DNA of 13,673 bases from a virus. Taxonomy: Duplodnaviria; Heunggongvirae; Uroviricota; Caudoviricetes. Shown one piece after another: positions 1 to 7,398 of the stretch (the stretch's first letter is position 1; each line of letters begins with the position of its first letter). The stretch lies in IMG/VR virus record IMGVR_UViG_3300028048_000105, one strand, 5' to 3'. The notes beneath the pieces were generated by a model. The model was given only the letters and a program-made list of their open reading frames with translations, had not been told where the DNA came from and made no database searches. The position numbers were made by a program, and so were the translations under genes.

Positions 1-103
1 CTTGGCTGGGAAGCTCCTGTAGTTGCCGCATAAGCCTTTCAGTTAAGTTCAAAATGAACGTTTAAAAGCTTGATAGGGGTAGTCTGCGCTTTTTTGGCTA
101 CCC
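1..103 (+). other. Structured non-coding segment, possibly the right end / omegaRNA 3' remnant of an IS200/IS605-IS607 family element
   Basis: GAAGCTCCT (10-18) ... AGGGGTAGTC (75-84) brackets an internal stem (AAGCCTTT 32-39 / AAAGCTT 65-71) and a GTTCA-AAA-TGAAC hairpin (47-59). A second hairpin is GGGTAGTC 77-84 / GGCTACCC 96-103. The layout resembles GAAGCYCC...GGRGTAG right ends of tnpB elements, but no transposase or tnpB lies in the window. Confidence 0.25.
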
Positions 104-135
104 GGAAGTAATTGTTTCAGAGTAAATATTTCATT

Positions 136-170
136 AAAAGAGTTCGTATGCAACGCGGACTCTTTTTTTT
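136..170 (+). terminator. Rho-independent terminator
   Basis: AAAAGAGTTCG (136-146) / CGGACTCTTTT (156-166) stem with one G-U pair; T-tract 163-170. Confidence 0.75.
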
Positions 171-172
171 CG

Positions 173-195
173 TTTCATATTGAATATGTAAACAA
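173..195 (+). repeat. Conserved 23-bp unit-start site, copy 1 (TTTCATATT-GAAT-ATGTAAACAA)
   Basis: Matches copies at 942, 3741 and 4970. It follows a terminator T-tract and starts 38 nt before GGAG. It contains a perfect dyad CATATT-G-AATATG. Confidence 0.9.
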
Positions 196-222
196 TTTGA
201 TGTATTGAAAGGAGAAAATGAT

Positions 223-903
223 ATGACAATTATCAAAATTGAACACGAATTAACAGAAGAACAGGAAAAGAAGATCATGGATGCAATCAATGCAATCGTA
301 CCTGACGATATGTTTTGCTGTCCACCAAGAATGATTGATGATGTAATCGCTTCAAAAATATGGACAAAAGATGATGTAAAAGGAGCGATTGAAGAATCTG
401 GCTATGAGCTTACCGAAGATTTACTTAACAAGACACTCCAAAATATGGGTAAAATGGATCAGCTTAATGATAGCCTGGACTATGAATGGAATTTCATACA
501 AGGGGCAGTAAATGATTCATACGAGGAACTCATTGAAGAGCTTGGATGGGGAAAATCTAATGATAACCAGTATATTAAGAAGCTAAGAGACGGTGTTTAC
601 AGATTGGTACAAAGCAGCAAAATGCCAGACGATAGTTACATCGTCTATATGAATACCATCATTCTTGCAAACTGGATGGATTCTGACGGTATGTACGATG
701 CAGATTGCACATCTATCGTTGAATCTTACTACGGATCAGTTGAAAACTTTAAATCAGAATATCCAGATTCGGATGACCAACAACAAATACTTGCAGAGAT
801 GATTTTCGAAAGCACTGCAAGTCGCGGTTGCGAAGCACGCGAAATAGTCACCGGGGAAAATGTCCAGAGAACAATTGACAAATTTCTGTTCCTGCAAGAG
901 TAA
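223..903 (+). CDS. Acidic hypothetical protein (226 aa)
   Basis: Long ORF. The start is moved from TTG 205 to ATG 223 because GAAAGGAG (207-214) sits 8 nt upstream. It ends TAA followed by a terminator. No family recognised with confidence. Confidence 0.85.
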   Translation: MTIIKIEHELTEEQEKKIMDAINAIVPDDMFCCPPRMIDDVIASKIWTKDDVKGAIEESGYELTEDLLNKTLQNMGKMDQLNDSLDYEWNFIQGAVNDSYEELIEELGWGKSNDNQYIKKLRDGVYRLVQSSKMPDDSYIVYMNTIILANWMDSDGMYDADCTSIVESYYGSVENFKSEYPDSDDQQQILAEMIFESTASRGCEAREIVTGENVQRTIDKFLFLQE

Positions 904-910
904 AAAAATT

Positions 911-940
911 AAGAAGAGCCTTCGGGTTCTTCTTTTTTTT
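911..940 (+). terminator. Rho-independent terminator with UUCG loop
   Basis: AAGAAGAGCC-TTCG-GGTTCTTCTT followed by a T-tract, 7 nt after the TAA at 903. Confidence 0.9.
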
Positions 941-941
941 A

Positions 942-964
942 TTTCATATTAAATGTGTAAACAA
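942..964 (+). repeat. Conserved 23-bp unit-start site, copy 2 (TTTCATATT-AAAT-GTGTAAACAA)
   Basis: Same motif and context: directly after a terminator, 37 nt before GGAG (979-982). Confidence 0.9.
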
Positions 965-990
965 AACTATTCACGAAGGGAGAAACAACT

Positions 991-2412
991 ATGAGCGAAA
1001 GATTAAACAAAAGTATCGAAATCCTTGAGAAAACAGCAAAGGAAATTGAGGATAAGAAGATTTCTGAGAAAAAGAAAGCCGACACCGAAAGAGCCTGTCT
1101 GATGCAGGAAATTCGGGATCTGAGATCACGGATTACTGACCTGATCAAAGCAGGACAGAAATGCCAGGAACTTGGAATTGATTTTCCAATAAAAAATGAA
1201 ATGTCCAGGTTCGAATACGACAGCTGTTTTGAAGCGGATGGCGTCAACCATGATCTTGGATTTATCACAAAGGAATTCAAGATCCGGTATCTTGGCATCA
1301 AAAACGGTGGATTTAACGGTCCATGGGATTTTTACACGGACGGAACAGAAATTGTATCTGTCAGAAACCGTGAATATGATAAGGAATCAGCAGAGCCACA
1401 GAACTGCGATATGAAAAAATTCCTGAAGCAGTTTGATTCCTTTGAATCTGCCTTTTACCAGTGGATCGAATCACTGAATAATGCAGAAGAGGATACTGAT
1501 GAAGCAGTTAATGATGAGTGCGTAAAGAGAATCAACCTGCGGAATCTGTATGAGAATGGAATCAAGTCTCTTACATTTGGAGGAACAGGAGAGATTATCT
1601 TCCGGGATGGACGGTATGTGCTGGAACATAATGCGCTTCCATTTATTGAAGATGGGGAAGAACTGAAATTCCAGTTCTTTGCTGATGCCGGTGATGGAGA
1701 AAGATTTGCCCTTGGTACTTCCAAAGAAGAACATGGGGTGTATCTGACAAAAGAGGAGTATGAGCTTGCCGTTGAGAACCCTGCGTTTTTAAAACTTCCA
1801 TCGTTTATCGAACTTGGCAAAACATACAAGTTTGCCGGATATAACTGGACAGCATGTGAGCTGATCAATAAAGGTAAAACCCTTGTGATCCAATCTCATG
1901 GAGTAACTGCGGGAGCATGGCCAGGCCTCGAAATGGCTCAATTTGGAAATGGCAATTACTATACAAATTCCATTGATGGCGAAGATATCAGTGCTTATGA
2001 CAACAAGATGAAAGAATTGTACGATGCCATCAAAGACGTAGAGGATACATCAGCTTCCTATGGAAACGGCCTGTATTTAGTATCCAGAGAGAAAGCCGGT
2101 TTTATAAAATTGGACAAACCTGGTTCTGGTAATTACTGGCGGGCATTGAAGGCGGCGGCAGCAAATTACAGTTTGTTCAGGGCTTCCAGCAGCAGCGCGT
2201 GGCTCAGTACTGTCTACAGCAACAACTACGCGCGGTATGTCTACTCGAATGGCCACGTCTACGGCAACTTTCAGAACAGCGACTTTGTTGTTGCTCCCAC
2301 ATTTAACCTCGATTTATCCAAAGTTGAGATTATTAATGATGAAATTATCATCATAGGGAATGACAATAACGATCAGTCTAAAAATCCATCAAATTTTGCA
2401 GAAAAGAAGTAA
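991..2412 (+). CDS. Multi-domain hypothetical protein (473 aa) with a C-terminal DUF6273/C-type-lectin-like segment; candidate DGR target
   Basis: RBS GAAGGGAG; N-terminal coiled coil. The C-terminal AWLSTVYSNNYARYVYSNGHVYGNFQNSDFVVAPTFNL resembles the W-L-x-[ST]...V-x-P-x-[FL] end of DUF6273-type domains. Confidence 0.85.
   Translation: MSERLNKSIEILEKTAKEIEDKKISEKKKADTERACLMQEIRDLRSRITDLIKAGQKCQELGIDFPIKNEMSRFEYDSCFEADGVNHDLGFITKEFKIRYLGIKNGGFNGPWDFYTDGTEIVSVRNREYDKESAEPQNCDMKKFLKQFDSFESAFYQWIESLNNAEEDTDEAVNDECVKRINLRNLYENGIKSLTFGGTGEIIFRDGRYVLEHNALPFIEDGEELKFQFFADAGDGERFALGTSKEEHGVYLTKEEYELAVENPAFLKLPSFIELGKTYKFAGYNWTACELINKGKTLVIQSHGVTAGAWPGLEMAQFGNGNYYTNSIDGEDISAYDNKMKELYDAIKDVEDTSASYGNGLYLVSREKAGFIKLDKPGSGNYWRALKAAAANYSLFRASSSSAWLSTVYSNNYARYVYSNGHVYGNFQNSDFVVAPTFNLDLSKVEIINDEIIIIGNDNNDQSKNPSNFAEKK
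2185..2310 (+). other. Putative DGR variable region (VR)
   Basis: 22 of 33 codons at 2185-2283 end in C, mostly AAC and AAC-derivable codons (TAC, AGC, GGC, CAC, GAC). The segment is visibly GC-richer than the DNA right after it. No template repeat or reverse transcriptase in the window. Confidence 0.55.
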
Positions 2413-2433
2413 GTATAAAATGGAGGAAATTTT

Positions 2434-2619
2434 ATGACAAATGAGCTTGCAAAAAATATTATTACAGAATACGTTTTCGCAGATTATGATATTTCATCAA
2501 TTTATAAATTTCTTAATACAGAAGCATCATTAGATGAATCGGAAAAACAATTATATTCCGAAGCATTGCTCACAAGGGCTATGCAAAAAGCGGTAATTGC
2601 ATTATCAAAGCCGGTCTGA
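2434..2619 (+). CDS. Small hypothetical protein (61 aa)
   Basis: GGAGG RBS 7 nt upstream; starts 21 nt after the preceding stop; AT-rich codons. Confidence 0.7.
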   Translation: MTNELAKNIITEYVFADYDISSIYKFLNTEASLDESEKQLYSEALLTRAMQKAVIALSKPV

Positions 2620-2674
2620 GAGACTATTTCGCAAAATATTTCTACAAAAAAAAGAGTAATATTTATCATCCCGA

Positions 2675-2745
2675 TGCACCGGGAACTAAAAATTGAGGTT
2701 CCCGTGCAAAGGGGAGCCTCTTTGTTTACCCGGTATGTAACCGGG
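2675..2745. other. Two intergenic hairpins
   Basis: TGCACCGGGAAC (2675-2686) / GTTCCCGTGCA (2698-2708) with one bulged base and no T-tract; CCCGGT-ATGTA-ACCGGG (2729-2745). Confidence 0.6.
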
Positions 2746-2761
2746 AGAAAGAGAGGAAAAT

Positions 2762-3697
2762 ATGATGAACAGACAGGATACAATTAAAACATTACAGCAG
2801 ATTGCTGCAGAGATTGCACAGGAAATGGGTTATACCGAGATGAGGGTAGGAGAAGACCGTCAGAAAGGTATCTGGGGAGAAAGTTTCACCCGATATCTTG
2901 AAGAAACCTACGGGGAATGTACCAAGGAAATCAGATGGTTTAAACCCGATGCACCAAAAGATCTGGCATTCGGTGACAACATCGAATTTTCATTCCGTTT
3001 CAGCGACCCACAGGTCTGTATTGACCACCGGAAAACAGATGGAAGCCTTGCAAATGTTGAATTTTCTGACTGGAATTCAGAGATTTACAACGAATACGAG
3101 AAAGAGAAATCTATCATGGAAGAACAGCTTGGAAGAAAGCTGACAAAAGAGGAAGATGCTCCCATTGAAGCAAAGCACCCATACCGCACCGGAAACTTCC
3201 GACCGAAGGAATACCAGGTATTTGAGAACGATAAGATGCAGGGTATGGAATTCCTTAACATGATTCTTGAAAAGTGGAACAAAGCTGTTTGCCGGAAAAC
3301 TGCCCTTACAGATAAGAATTCGATCATTGATAAGGTATGCATTAACTATCGGGAATACGACACAGAGCTTACCTCATTATTCTTCGATTTCCCTGTAAAA
3401 GCGGATAAGAATCTGCTTCTTGAGGCATACGCACATATCCAGAAAGCCTGTAACGGCGATACCGTTGTCCGCCTGCTCAACCCTGTTTTAACCAAAAACG
3501 GGGAAGAAAAGGAACTGGAAGGAGAAAAGATGGATGTGTTCTTCACGGAAGAAGAAAACGGGATATACGAAGGAAACTACAAGGATTTCCTCGAAAGCTT
3601 CAACGGACGGGAACTGGAAACAGGAATCTGCCGGCTGATGGACAGCGAAATGGATGGAAATACCACCAAAGGATCCATTTTGGATTTCATCTGGTAA
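2762..3697 (+). CDS. Acidic hypothetical protein (311 aa)
   Basis: Long ORF with GAGAGG RBS, ending TAA before a terminator. No family recognised. Confidence 0.85.
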   Translation: MMNRQDTIKTLQQIAAEIAQEMGYTEMRVGEDRQKGIWGESFTRYLEETYGECTKEIRWFKPDAPKDLAFGDNIEFSFRFSDPQVCIDHRKTDGSLANVEFSDWNSEIYNEYEKEKSIMEEQLGRKLTKEEDAPIEAKHPYRTGNFRPKEYQVFENDKMQGMEFLNMILEKWNKAVCRKTALTDKNSIIDKVCINYREYDTELTSLFFDFPVKADKNLLLEAYAHIQKACNGDTVVRLLNPVLTKNGEEKELEGEKMDVFFTEEENGIYEGNYKDFLESFNGRELETGICRLMDSEMDGNTTKGSILDFIW

Positions 3698-3707
3698 GAA
3701 AAGGAAG

Positions 3708-3739
3708 AAAAGTGTAGCTTAATGCTGCACTTTTTTTTT
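3708..3739 (+). terminator. Rho-independent terminator
   Basis: AAAAGTGTAGC-TTAAT-GCTGCACTTTT stem with one G-U pair, 9-T tract. Confidence 0.9.
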
Positions 3740-3740
3740 G

Positions 3741-3763
3741 TTTCATATTCCCTATGTAAACAA
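3741..3763 (+). repeat. Conserved 23-bp unit-start site, copy 3 (TTTCATATT-CCCT-ATGTAAACAA)
   Basis: Directly after a terminator, 39 nt before GGAG. Similarity to copy 4 extends about 44 nt through the RBS. Confidence 0.9.
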
Positions 3764-3787
3764 TTTTTTAAAGACGAAAGGAGAAAA

Positions 3788-4870
3788 ATGATGAAGAAAG
3801 ATGACTTTTCAAAGAGATTTCTGACAACAATCACATGCCCGGAGTGCGGAGGACGGATGATTGTAGAAGCGACAAGGGGAAACAGAGAAGATGCATTTTA
3901 GGCTTCCTGTTTTTTCTGTAATGAGTGCGGCAGAGACACGATCACGTTTGATGATCCGGATTTTGAATGGAAGAATGATGGAATCGTCCTTTCCCCTTCA
4001 CAGGCTGCTAGTATGCCTATCGGAGCAGGTAATGTCCGTAAGATTTTTGGATACTGCGATGATTTTCACAGCGGAGATGGAGAAAGAATCCTTTTCCGTA
4101 ATGGTGGCACTTATGTAGCTTTCCTCTGGGACAGAAAGCCGTATCTTAAGCAGGTTGCCGCTGTTGTTGAGAAATGCTGCAACAAGCTCATGGATGAAAT
4201 GTCTGGATAGACAAGCTACTGCAATAATAAGTCCATCAGCCGTACCGCATATGAAAGATACCAGCTTGACTGGATGATTTCGCATGGTCATTCGCTGGAA
4301 GAACTGTTCAGCATAATAGACAGCATCTGGAGTGATGACGAATATCCGGATGATCACTGTCCATCAGACTACTTTGAGGATTTCGAAAGCGATACAGGAT
4401 TTGGTGGCGAACTTTACGTCTGCTATGATGAATTCCTCGGCGCAGAATACCAGAACAAGGCGTATGTCAAGACGCTGCTGTCGCCAGAGGAGTATATCGT
4501 TTACTTAAACGACATTACTCCAACAGAAGTTCCATCCGGTGTATATCCTGCCGTGTGCAAGGCATGCCAGCATTGCTTTGAAAACGAAGATGGACGGGGC
4601 AATTGCGGATATTACGAGGAAAGTATTGATCCGGAGAACCCGATTGACGACTGTCCTCATTTTGTTAACAATAATGAGTACGGCATTTACCATCTTCTAT
4701 ACGACGAGACATATGTTTCCGAAAATGTCCAGACGGAAGAGGATATCACTGTCTTCGATGTTGTGAAATTTTTAAAGGAACACGGTACAAAGAAAGAACA
4801 GGATGAAATCAAGGATATCCTTTCACTGTCTGATTACGACGAAGAGCTCTGGACCCTGTCCGCAATTTAA
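3788..4870 (+). pseudogene. 361-codon reading frame (two CxxC motifs plus a YQLDWMISHG-type domain) interrupted by two in-frame TAG codons; pseudogene or amber-readthrough gene
   Basis: ATG 3788 follows GAAAGGAG. The frame is continuous to TAA 4870 except for TAG 3899-3901 and TAG 4208-4210. ORF-track fragments 4013-4210 and 4274-4870 are in this frame and lack their own RBS. The first TAG falls between CPECG and CNECG. Confidence 0.75.
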
Positions 4871-4893
4871 AGAAATCACAGGAGAAAAGAAGA

Positions 4894-4924
4894 AGAATGG
4901 GGTAACTATTCCCACTCTTTTTTT
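4894..4924 (+). terminator. Rho-independent terminator
   Basis: AGAATGGG (4894-4901) / CCCACTCT (4911-4918) with one mismatch, followed by a T-tract. Confidence 0.65.
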
Positions 4925-4969
4925 GTAGACATAATGGTAAAATACGCGTCTGTTAGTTCAAAAATTTCA

Positions 4970-4992
4970 TTTCATATTCCCTATGTAAACAT
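4970..4992 (+). repeat. Conserved 23-bp unit-start site, copy 4 (TTTCATATT-CCCT-ATGTAAACAT)
   Basis: 22 of 23 bases identical to copy 3; 38 nt before GGAG (5008-5011). Confidence 0.9.
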
Positions 4993-5020
4993 TTTTTAAA
5001 AGCGAAAGGAGATAAACTTT

Positions 5021-5440
5021 ATGATGAAAGAAAATGCATATAAGTCTGATATGGAGTCTTTTGTACGTGGTGAGATGTTATTTATCCGTGATTCCCTCTG
5101 TAATCGGTATAACGGCTACGGTGTTGTATTTGAAACAGGGGATGCAATTTTGAGAAAAGCCTCAGAAATCGCAAAACATCCTGTATCAAAATTTGATGCG
5201 CTCATCGGACAGTGTATCACGCTTCCTGACAGCAGGGAAATTCTACTGTATCCGTTAAAGCCTGCAGATTCTTCCAAATGTGCATCCGTTGTATATGCAC
5301 AGATAGGCAGTGAAGAACCGGGAGAAACGGGGTATTGCCAAACCTTCTGTCTGGCCGGGGATCTTGCCAAAGACCATGATGTGTTTGTTAAGATTCACGA
5401 ATGGGCTGACAGAAGCATCAAGGGAGGTGTGGCAGCATGA
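5021..5440 (+). CDS. Hypothetical protein (139 aa)
   Basis: GAAAGGAG RBS; the stop overlaps the radC start (ATGA), indicating translational coupling. Confidence 0.85.
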   Translation: MMKENAYKSDMESFVRGEMLFIRDSLCNRYNGYGVVFETGDAILRKASEIAKHPVSKFDALIGQCITLPDSREILLYPLKPADSSKCASVVYAQIGSEEPGETGYCQTFCLAGDLAKDHDVFVKIHEWADRSIKGGVAA

Positions 5441-5907
5441 GAGTAACGAATTACGAAGTGTTTCTTAATGAAGACAGAATACCTATGCTTGTTAAGGAAT
5501 CCGCAAGAAACTATGCAGGGAATATTTGTTTAACCAATCCTTCGCAGATTGCAGAATTTATGCGAGAATTGTATCATGCAGATATTCTTCCTGAAGAAAA
5601 GCTTTGGATGATTGCTATGAATACCAAGTGCAAGCCGCTCGGCGTATTTGAGCTGGCGCACGGAAGCATGGATTCAGCAGTGATGGATCCAAAGTCAATC
5701 TTTATAAGGCTGCTTCTTTGCGGAGCTAGAGGGTTCGTTCTGGTTCATAACCATCCAAGTGGGGACAGCACCCCAAGCGCGATTGATATTTCAAATACAA
5801 AGAAAGTAAAAGAAGGCGCAGAACTTCTTAGTATCGAGCTATTTGACCACATCATCGTAGGGGCGGATGCAACTTATTGTTCTTTACGAGAACAGGGAAA
5901 TTTTTAA
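5437..5907 (+). CDS. radC: RadC-family JAB/MPN domain protein (JAB domain only, 156 aa)
   Basis: EKLWMIAMNTKC, FVLVHNHPSGDSTPSAID and LFDHIIVG match the RadC JAB metal-binding motifs; GGAGG RBS. Confidence 0.92.
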   Translation: MRVTNYEVFLNEDRIPMLVKESARNYAGNICLTNPSQIAEFMRELYHADILPEEKLWMIAMNTKCKPLGVFELAHGSMDSAVMDPKSIFIRLLLCGARGFVLVHNHPSGDSTPSAIDISNTKKVKEGAELLSIELFDHIIVGADATYCSLREQGNF

Positions 5908-5942
5908 CATCAGAGGAAATACATGAGAAAAGGAGACTAACT

Positions 5943-6218
5943 ATGACTATTAGACAATATATCAAAAAGAATGGATGGGAAAACGAATGTGAACTGGTGC
6001 CGGGATACCGGTACATGATCGTCCACATCAATTTCCTTAACAAAAATAAGGCAGAAATTGAAACGAGCCTTGATATCAAGGCTTTTGATGAACATGATTT
6101 ATCATCACTGTTCAACAATTTCTGCAGAGAAAATGGTTTCCCACGAAACACCGTGACAGGTGTCACCGTTGTGGCTTCAGCAGTCACCATGGAAGAGTTA
6201 CAGGAAATCGATCTTTAA
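5943..6218 (+). CDS. Hypothetical protein (91 aa)
   Basis: Start moved to ATG 5943 behind AGGAG (5931-5935); in frame with ORF-track 5877-6218. Confidence 0.8.
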   Translation: MTIRQYIKKNGWENECELVPGYRYMIVHINFLNKNKAEIETSLDIKAFDEHDLSSLFNNFCRENGFPRNTVTGVTVVASAVTMEELQEIDL

Positions 6219-6229
6219 AAACCAGACAA

Positions 6230-6261
6230 GAGGAATCCATGAAGGGTTCCTCCTTTTTTTT
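6230..6261 (+). terminator. Terminator between convergent genes
   Basis: GAGGAATCC-ATGAA-GGGTTCCTC stem followed by 8 T, at the strand switch. Confidence 0.85.
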
Positions 6262-6274
6262 CGTCGTATTTTTC

Positions 6275-7339
6275 TCATTTGTGTTTCGCCACTGTATGGA
6301 GCCAGTCACTGGCAGCAGAAGCAGCTTCCTTCCGTTTTTCTTCACTGATATCCGCATAACGCGCGGTCGTGTTCACTGATTTGTGCCCCAGCGCGTTCTG
6401 CACCAGATAAATGTCCCCTGTGGAGTTGTAGACACCGGTCGCAAAGGTGCTCCGCAACTTATGAGGGGTAATATGCTTGCTCTGTACCGCAACCGAAGCA
6501 TATTTCTTAACCAGACGTTGCACAGACCGTGGAGTGATGCGGGTTCCGTTGCGGGAAATAAAGAGGGCATTATTGTCGCTTTCAAGTTCCATTTCTTCCC
6601 GTTCCTCCATATAGGCACCAAGCAATTCCGCGGCAGTTTCGTCAAAGTAGATATTCGAATATTTCCGTCCTTTCCGCACAACAAGGATGCTGTTTTCCTC
6701 CCAGTCGATATCCTGAATGTCAAGCCCCACGCATTCGGAAATACGGATTCCCGTAGAGAGCATGAGATAGATCATTGCTATATCACGCGGTTTCTGCTTG
6801 TCAGAGAAAGCGTGCTGATGCCTGGTGAGCCCATCCCCGGTTTTAATGGTATCTAAAAGGAGAGTGATCTCCTCATCTTTTAAGTAAGTGATCGGCTTCG
6901 TAATTAGCTTTGGGGACGGGAACATTGCTGCAGCATTGTTCGCGATTAAGCCTTTTCCTATCAGATATTTGTATAGAGCGCGGATGGAAGCAAGTTTTCT
7001 TGCCCGGGCAGGATTGTCATCCATATAGATTTCCCCGTCTTTTTCGTAGCCTGTCTGTAGCCTCATCATAATGTCTTCGAAATCATCTGTATTCAGATGA
7101 TCCAGAACGTCCACTGTTATATCTTTTTTACTTTTGATAACAGGATTGATTTCCATGATAATCTGGAAAATAATGGAGATATCCCTGACGTATTCGTACA
7201 CCGTAAGGATACTGGCATTCTTTACGGTTGTCATGTGCGTGACAAAACGCATCATGTAATCCGGCAGATCCTGTATAGTCTTGCTTATTTTCTCACTTGT
7301 AGATGTATTTCGTTTCTTCTGATAGTTTTTCTCGTCCAT
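6275..7339 (-). CDS. XerC/XerD-like tyrosine recombinase (354 aa), clostridial Xer type
   Basis: Full catalytic set: LSTGIRISE (R), RKGRK (K), TPHKLRST (HxxR), LGHKSVNTTARY (H, Y). An N-terminal core-binding domain is present (RARKLASIRALYKYL). Start moved to ATG 7339 behind GGAGGT. Confidence 0.93.
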   Translation of the reverse strand: MDEKNYQKKRNTSTSEKISKTIQDLPDYMMRFVTHMTTVKNASILTVYEYVRDISIIFQIIMEINPVIKSKKDITVDVLDHLNTDDFEDIMMRLQTGYEKDGEIYMDDNPARARKLASIRALYKYLIGKGLIANNAAAMFPSPKLITKPITYLKDEEITLLLDTIKTGDGLTRHQHAFSDKQKPRDIAMIYLMLSTGIRISECVGLDIQDIDWEENSILVVRKGRKYSNIYFDETAAELLGAYMEEREEMELESDNNALFISRNGTRITPRSVQRLVKKYASVAVQSKHITPHKLRSTFATGVYNSTGDIYLVQNALGHKSVNTTARYADISEEKRKEAASAASDWLHTVAKHK

Positions 7340-7398
7340 AAATACCTCCATGGCACATTTATTCGCACCAAATCGTAACTTTTTGTGTATGGTTGAGG

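Noticed and set aside
4013-4870. ORF-track entries 4013-4210 and 4274-4870 as independent genes
   Set aside because: Neither has an RBS, both are in frame with the RBS-led start at 3788, and conserved-looking sequence extends upstream of each ATG.
4880-4905. AGGAG followed by ATG GGG TAA
   Set aside because: A two-codon ORF inside the terminator stem with poor RBS spacing; likely chance.
173-4992. CRISPR array formed by the repeated 23-bp motif
   Set aside because: Intervals are 0.8-2.8 kb and contain whole genes; no cas genes are present.
173-4992. Classical integron attC sites
   Set aside because: The sites are too short and run GTT...AAC rather than RYYYAAC...GTTRRRY, and the recombinase lacks a visible IntI-specific insertion.
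6254-6270. Fifth copy of the unit-start site after the last + strand terminator (TTTTTTTTCGTCGTATT)
   Set aside because: Only a weak echo of the left half; the TGTAAAC half and a downstream RBS are absent.
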